From Pelagibius sp. (lineage in GTDB: Bacteria; Pseudomonadota; Alphaproteobacteria; Kiloniellales; Kiloniellaceae), in the NCBI RefSeq assembly GCF_965227505.1, contig NZ_OZ245757.1, forward strand, positions 3,822,376 through 3,886,375: a DNA stretch of 64,000 nt. The letters run 5' to 3'. Each line of letters opens with the position of its first letter. Position 1 is the first letter of the stretch. The translations under genes and the position numbers were made by a program. Under the pieces are notes generated by a model. That model did not search any database, was not told the origin of the DNA, and saw nothing but the letters and a program-made list of their open reading frames with translations. Positions 59,261 through 64,000 of this stretch are shown here, in pieces.

Positions 59261-60078
59261 GGGACCGGCCTTGGCACCGGGCCGTCGTAGCGCCAGAGGC
59301 GTTCACGCGGCAGCGGGCCCTTGTTGCGCAGGCCCGACTGCGATTCCTCCCAGGCGTGGGCGAGGATGCCGACGGAGCGCGACAGGCAGAAGAGGCCGCG
59401 GGCGAGTGGCGCCGGGAAACCCAGCTCCCCATAGATCACCGCCGTTGCCCCGTCGATGTTCAAAGGGATCGCCTTGCCTTTGCGCGCCGCCAGCGCCGTC
59501 TCCAGGGTGCGGGCGATGGCGGCGAAGCGCCCGCCGACGCTGCCCTGTTCCGCGTAGTGGTCAACCATCTCCAGCAGGCGCGGGGCGCGGGGGTCGACCG
59601 GGTGGAAGCGATGCCCGAAGCCGGGCAGGAAGCGCCCGTCGCCGGCAAAGAAGGCCTCGAGCTCAGCCGCGCAGGCGTCCTCCAGGGTCGCGCCGGCTTC
59701 GATACGCGCAGCGATGCGCTGATAGATCTCCAGCGCCTGTTCGCCGGCACCGCCGTGGACATCGCCCAGCACGTTGACGGCGGAGGCCATGGCGTTGTTC
59801 AGGCCCAGGCCGCAGGTCGCGGCCATGCGGGCGATGGCGATGGAGGGCGCCTGCGGCCCGTGATCGACGGCGGCCATCAGGGCGATGTCCAGAAGCTCGG
59901 CCTGCTCGCGTCCCGGCAGCTCGCCGCGCAGCAGCAGCCAGATCATCTGCGAGAAGGACGCCCGCCCGATCAGCTCCTCGATGGCGTAGCCGCGGTAGCG
60001 GATGACGCCCGGCTCCATCTCGATGATGGCGGTCGACCACCAGTCGGACTCTGCGGTCTTGCTGTCTTCTGTCGTCAT
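59248..60078 (-). CDS. Citryl-CoA lyase / citrate-synthase-like protein
   Basis: WWSTAI, DHGPQAPS, LGDVHGGAGE, PGFGHRFHPVDPR, NIDGA, RSVGILAHAWE. Confidence 0.88.
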   Translation of the reverse strand: MTTEDSKTAESDWWSTAIIEMEPGVIRYRGYAIEELIGRASFSQMIWLLLRGELPGREQAELLDIALMAAVDHGPQAPSIAIARMAATCGLGLNNAMASAVNVLGDVHGGAGEQALEIYQRIAARIEAGATLEDACAAELEAFFAGDGRFLPGFGHRFHPVDPRAPRLLEMVDHYAEQGSVGGRFAAIARTLETALAARKGKAIPLNIDGATAVIYGELGFPAPLARGLFCLSRSVGILAHAWEESQSGLRNKGPLPRERLWRYDGPVPRPVPEQT

Positions 60079-61280
60079 AGCACCTTCTCCTCCGACAGGC
60101 GGTCGATCTCTTCCGCGCCGAGCCCCAGCTCTGCCAGGATGTCCCGGGAGTGTTCGCCGAGGCGCGGCGGCGGCGCGCTCACCGCCGGGGCCGCGCCGTT
60201 GATCTTGACGCCGCTGCGCACCACGCGGATGTCGCGCCCGACGCCCGCCGCGTTTTCGAAAGTGGCGACCATGCCGCGGTCGCGCACTTGCGGCTCATTC
60301 AGCGCTTCCGGCACCGTCAGCACCCGCCCGGCGGGCACACCCTCTGTGTTCAACGCCTGCTGCCAGTCGGCGGCGGAGCGGGCCGCCAGCGCCTCTTCCA
60401 GGATCCGCTTCAGCTCCTGGCGGTTTGCCAGGCGGTCCTGCCGGGCGGCGAAACGCGCGTCTGCTGCAAGCTCGGGGCGGCCCAGCACGCGGCAGACCGC
60501 CTCGAACTGTTCCTGCTTGTTGGCAGCGATGTTGAGCAGGCCCTCGCCGGTTCGGAAGGTGCCGGAGGGGCTGGCGGTGAAGTTCTCGTTGCCCAGCGGC
60601 TCCGGCAGGCGCCCGGCGATCAGGAAGTTGGAAACCACCCAGCCCATGGTGGCCAGCGTCGCCTCCAGCATGGAAACGTCGATGAAGCAGGGCTCTTCGG
60701 CGCCGGCACCGCGCCGGGCGAGGGCCGCCGCAATCGCAAAGGCCGCCGTCATGCCGCCGATGGTATCGGCAATGGGGTAACCCACCCGGTAGGGCGCGGT
60801 TTCCGCGTCACCAGTAATGGACATGACGCCGGACATGCCCTGGATGATCTGGTCGTAGGCCGGCAGGTTGCGCAAAGGCCCCTCCTGGCCGAAACCGGAG
60901 ATGGCGCAATAGATCAGGTTGGGCCGGTCCTGCTTCAAAGTCTCGAAGCCGAGCCCCAGGCGCTCCATGACGCCGGGACGGAAGTTCTCCACCACCACGT
61001 CGGCGGTGGCGGCGAGGCGGCGGAACAGCGCCTTGCCCTCCGCGTGCTTCAGGTTGAGGGTGAGAGAGCGCTTGCCGGCGTTCTGCGCCAGGAAGGAGAC
61101 GCCCATGTGCCGGGCGTTCAACGCCGCATCCGCGCCCAGTTGACGGGCCAGATCGCCGCTGCCCGGCACCTCCACCTTGATCACCTCGGCCCCCAGATGA
61201 GCCAACTGGTGGCAGCAGAAGGGTCCGGCCAGCACGTTGGTGAGGTCGAGCACCCGGACGCCGTGCAAACAGGGGGTCAT
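60075..61280 (-). CDS. Family III CoA transferase (CaiB/BaiF)
   Basis: LHGVRVLDLT..LAGP, GAEVIKVE, NAGKRSLTLNLK, ENFRPG, AYDQIIQG. Confidence 0.9.
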   Translation of the reverse strand: MTPCLHGVRVLDLTNVLAGPFCCHQLAHLGAEVIKVEVPGSGDLARQLGADAALNARHMGVSFLAQNAGKRSLTLNLKHAEGKALFRRLAATADVVVENFRPGVMERLGLGFETLKQDRPNLIYCAISGFGQEGPLRNLPAYDQIIQGMSGVMSITGDAETAPYRVGYPIADTIGGMTAAFAIAAALARRGAGAEEPCFIDVSMLEATLATMGWVVSNFLIAGRLPEPLGNENFTASPSGTFRTGEGLLNIAANKQEQFEAVCRVLGRPELAADARFAARQDRLANRQELKRILEEALAARSAADWQQALNTEGVPAGRVLTVPEALNEPQVRDRGMVATFENAAGVGRDIRVVRSGVKINGAAPAVSAPPPRLGEHSRDILAELGLGAEEIDRLSEEKVL

Positions 61281-61408
61281 CGTTTCCAGCCTTTCTTCGG
61301 CAGCATTCTGCAGGGAGTCGTTGTGCCAGATATTCTGTTCACCGCAACAAAATGCCCTATAATCCACCTTATTTGTTCTGTCAGACAGAACTTCAGGGAG
61401 TATGCGGC

Positions 61409-62089
61409 ATGGCGGCCCAGGACCGCGTGGAGTCGGTGGAACGGGCGCTGACGATCCTGGAGGCCTTTGCCGAGGGGGAGGCGGCGCTGAGCCTCGCCGC
61501 CCTGGCCGAGCGCACGGGCTTCTACAAGAGCACGATCCTGCGTCTCAACGGCTCACTGGAGCGTTTCGGCTATCTGACGCGCGGTGCCGACGGCCGCTAC
61601 CGCCTGGGGCCCAGCCTGGCCCGCCTCGGCGGTCTCTACCGGGACGAGAGCGACCTGGAGGCGCTGCTGCGCCCGGTCCTGCGCCGCCTGCGCGACGACA
61701 GCGGGGAGACGGCGTCCTTCTACGTCCGCAGCGGCCTGACCCGCACCTGCCTCTACCGGGAAAACTCGCTGCGCGAGCTGCGCCACCATCTGGAGGAAGG
61801 CGCGCGCCTGCCGCTTGCTTTGGGGGCGGCGGGCAAGGTGCTGCGCGCCTATGGTGGCGAGGACGACCCGGCCCTGCAGCGGGTGCGCCGCGACGGCTAT
61901 GCCCTCTCGCTCGGCGAGCGCGACCCCCATCTCGCCGCCGTTGCGGTTCCGCTGAGCGACGACGGCGGTCGCCTGCTGGGGGCGCTCTGCCTCTCCGGCC
62001 TCGCCGCCCAGTTCGGCCTGGGGCACCAGCGGCGCTGCCGCGCCCTCCTCAGCGCCGCGGCGGCGGATCTGGAGGCCGCGCTCCGCTAG
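61409..62089 (+). CDS. IclR-family transcriptional regulator
   Basis: VESVERALTIL, KSTILRL, YRLGP, GAAGK, GERD; divergent from the CoA transferase. Confidence 0.9.
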   Translation: MAAQDRVESVERALTILEAFAEGEAALSLAALAERTGFYKSTILRLNGSLERFGYLTRGADGRYRLGPSLARLGGLYRDESDLEALLRPVLRRLRDDSGETASFYVRSGLTRTCLYRENSLRELRHHLEEGARLPLALGAAGKVLRAYGGEDDPALQRVRRDGYALSLGERDPHLAAVAVPLSDDGGRLLGALCLSGLAAQFGLGHQRRCRALLSAAAADLEAALR

Positions 62090-62127
62090 CCGTACTCCAA
62101 AATACGCATGAGAGGCTTCAGGCAGCG

Positions 62128-62233
62128 ATTGACCTCGTACTTCGAGACGCTGCGCTCCTCAGTATGAGGTCAATCCCTTCTATCTCTTTCCTCACCCTGA
62201 GGAGCGGCCCGCCGGGCCACGTCTCGAAGGGTG
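62128..62233. repeat. Inverted pair of REP/MITE-like palindromic units between convergent genes
   Basis: Unit 1 CTTCGAGACG..CTCCTCAGTATGAGG inside stem ATTGACCTCGTAC/GTATGAGGTCAAT; unit 2 CCTCACCCTGAGGAGC-GGCCCGCCGGGCC-ACGTCTCGAAGGGTG is its reverse-complement relative. Confidence 0.8.
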
Positions 62234-62265
62234 ATGCAGTCTTCTTCAACCTCATGCTCGTCTCC

Positions 62266-64000
62266 TCACGCCGCCATGGCCGGCGCCAGCAGCTTCTGGG
62301 CCCCGGCGTAGTCGACCTTGCCGCTGCCCAGCAGCGGAATGGTTTCGACCGGACGCAGCTCGCGTGGCAGGGCGATCTCGGCGAAGCCCTTCTCTCTGGC
62401 ATGGGCGCTGAGGGCCGCGAGCGGGCGCTCGGTGCCGTCGCTTTCCACCAGCAGGACGACCTGCTCGCCCTTGCGCGGGTGCGGGATCGCCAGCGCCACC
62501 AGATGCGCCTCCGGCCAGACTTCCGCAGCCAGCGCTTCGACCGCGGCCAGGGAGACCATCTCGCCGCCCACCTTGGCGAAGCGCTTGGCGCGGCCGCGGA
62601 TGGTGATGAAGCCGTCGTCGTCCAGGGTGACGATGTCGCCGGTGTCGTGCCAGCCGTCCGCCGGCGGCTCCAGCACGCCGGGCGCCTCGGCGCGCAGGTA
62701 GCCCAGCATGACGTTGGGGCCGCGGACCTGCAGACGCCCGCCTTCCTCGATGCCGGGCACCGGGACGATGCGCAGGTCCATGCCCGGCAGCAAACGGCCG
62801 GCGGCCCCCGCGCGGTTCTTCATCGGCGTGTTGACGGCCAGGACCGGCGCCGTCTCGGTGACGCCGTAGCCCTCCAGCAGGCGGACGCCGAACTTCTCCG
62901 ACCAGGTGCGCCGGGTCTCCGGGCGCAGCCGCTCGGCGCCCGCGAAGACGAGGCGCAGGCTGTAGAAGTCGTAGGCGTGTGCCAGGCGCGCGTAGCCGCT
63001 GAGGAAGGTGTCAGTGCCGAAGAGAATGGTGGCATTGGTGTCGTAGGCCACCTCCGGCACGATGCGGTAGTGCAGCGGCGAAGGATAGAGGAAGGTCTTC
63101 ACGCCGGAGAGCAGAGGCAGCAGCGTACCGGCAGTGAGGCCGAAGGAATGGAACATCGGCAGCACGTTCAGCACCCGGTCCTCCCGGCTGAAATCGACCA
63201 TGGCCGAGACCTGATGACGGTTGGCCTGGATATTGGCATGGCTGAGCACCACGCCCTTCGGGAGCCCCTCGGAACCTGAGGTGAACAGCACCACCGCCTC
63301 GTCGTCGGCCTGAACCCGATGCAGGCCGGCCAGACGCAGGGCCAGACGCGGGAAGGTCGCCTTGGCCAGCGCGGCCATCCGGGCCAGCGGGCCGATGGCC
63401 GGACGGATGTCCTCCAGGTAGACGACCTCGGCAAGCTTGGCGATCTCCTCGGCCAGGCCCTCCAGCCGCGCCTTCTGGATGAAGCGCCGCGATGTCACCA
63501 CCGCGCGGATCTGTGCCGCTTCCAGGGCGGCACGCATACCGGCGGCGCCGGCGGTGAAGTTCAGCATGGCCGGCGTCTTGCCGCTGGCGTGACAGGCGAA
63601 GAAGCTGATCACGGCGGCATTGGCGTTGGGCAGCAGCAGGCCCAGGCGTTTCTCTTCCCGAAAGGCCTTCTTGAAGCGGGCGCCGAGGGCAAAGGCGCCG
63701 GCCAGGATGCGGCGATAGCCGAGCGGCCGGCGCTCGATATCTTCCAGCACTTCCAGCTTGCCGTGCAGGTCCTTGGCCTCGATCAGGCTCTGCAGCAGGG
63801 TCTTCTCGCGGGCGCTGGTCTCGAAAACCATCTCGGTCATGATGTCGTGCAGCTGGGTGCCGGCATGGGCGCGGCGCGCGCGCCCGCGCAGGGTCTCCGG
63901 CACGTCGATGCGGCGCGGCGGCAGCACCGAGAGCGAGATCTTCGGCAGCAGACGGCGGCGCAGCTTGCCCTTCAGGCGCGAGAACAGCGTGTACTGGGCG
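62266..64000 (-). CDS. aas: Bifunctional acyl-ACP synthetase / 2-acyl-GPE acyltransferase (Aas-like), 5' part beyond the window
   Basis: LFTSGSEGLPKGV, FHSFGLT, EGYGVTE, WHDTGD, RFAKVGGEMVSL, GSGKVDY; the frame stays open to the right edge (AQYTLFSRLKGKLRRR). Confidence 0.88.
   Translation of the reverse strand, partial: AQYTLFSRLKGKLRRRLLPKISLSVLPPRRIDVPETLRGRARRAHAGTQLHDIMTEMVFETSAREKTLLQSLIEAKDLHGKLEVLEDIERRPLGYRRILAGAFALGARFKKAFREEKRLGLLLPNANAAVISFFACHASGKTPAMLNFTAGAAGMRAALEAAQIRAVVTSRRFIQKARLEGLAEEIAKLAEVVYLEDIRPAIGPLARMAALAKATFPRLALRLAGLHRVQADDEAVVLFTSGSEGLPKGVVLSHANIQANRHQVSAMVDFSREDRVLNVLPMFHSFGLTAGTLLPLLSGVKTFLYPSPLHYRIVPEVAYDTNATILFGTDTFLSGYARLAHAYDFYSLRLVFAGAERLRPETRRTWSEKFGVRLLEGYGVTETAPVLAVNTPMKNRAGAAGRLLPGMDLRIVPVPGIEEGGRLQVRGPNVMLGYLRAEAPGVLEPPADGWHDTGDIVTLDDDGFITIRGRAKRFAKVGGEMVSLAAVEALAAEVWPEAHLVALAIPHPRKGEQVVLLVESDGTERPLAALSAHAREKGFAEIALPRELRPVETIPLLGSGKVDYAGAQKLLAPAMAA

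Overview
High-GC, gene-dense chromosomal segment. Gene content (DHPS dehydrogenases hpsNOP, non-pyrrolysine MttB, frc sugar ABC system, pcaDCHG-BKACE-pcaB, pecS/pecM, znuA/znuCB-zur) suggests a probably marine alphaproteobacterium; this taxonomy is inferred, not shown. I see no rRNA, tRNA, CRISPR array, integrase or transposase. Left to right: CPA2 antiporter, P-type ATPase and solo excisionase-type HTH; frcR/frcBCA plus fructokinase; an atypical di-heme MauG/CcP-family enzyme with a secreted partner; a sodium:solute symporter module facing a DEDDh-CBS-DUF294 fusion; gloA; two secreted serine proteases; a tandem AAA+ ATPase bracketed by a 30-bp direct repeat; a phytase-like protein; GST/CaiB; idnO/GFA/idnD; msrBA; hpsNOP; MttB; a PanE-like reductase; two paralogous lipoproteins; the pca cluster; a three-gene catabolic operon; the zinc uptake locus; an amidase; pecM/pecS; DUF3179; a 34-aa small membrane ORF; a dienelactone hydrolase; CaiB plus citryl-CoA lyase with IclR; a REP-like element; and the 3' part of aas. 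The most unusual signals are (i) recurrent 14-17 bp tandem duplications on or beside stop codons, (ii) the direct-repeat-flanked double-AAA ATPase upstream of an S8 protease, (iii) the di-heme enzyme/partner pair with a twin palindromic upstream site, (iv) the exonuclease-CBS-nucleotidyltransferase fusion, and (v) tandem uncharacterised lipoproteins. Family assignments come from motif recognition and recalled family sequences; no database searches were run. Start codons were often trimmed from the ORF track by eye.
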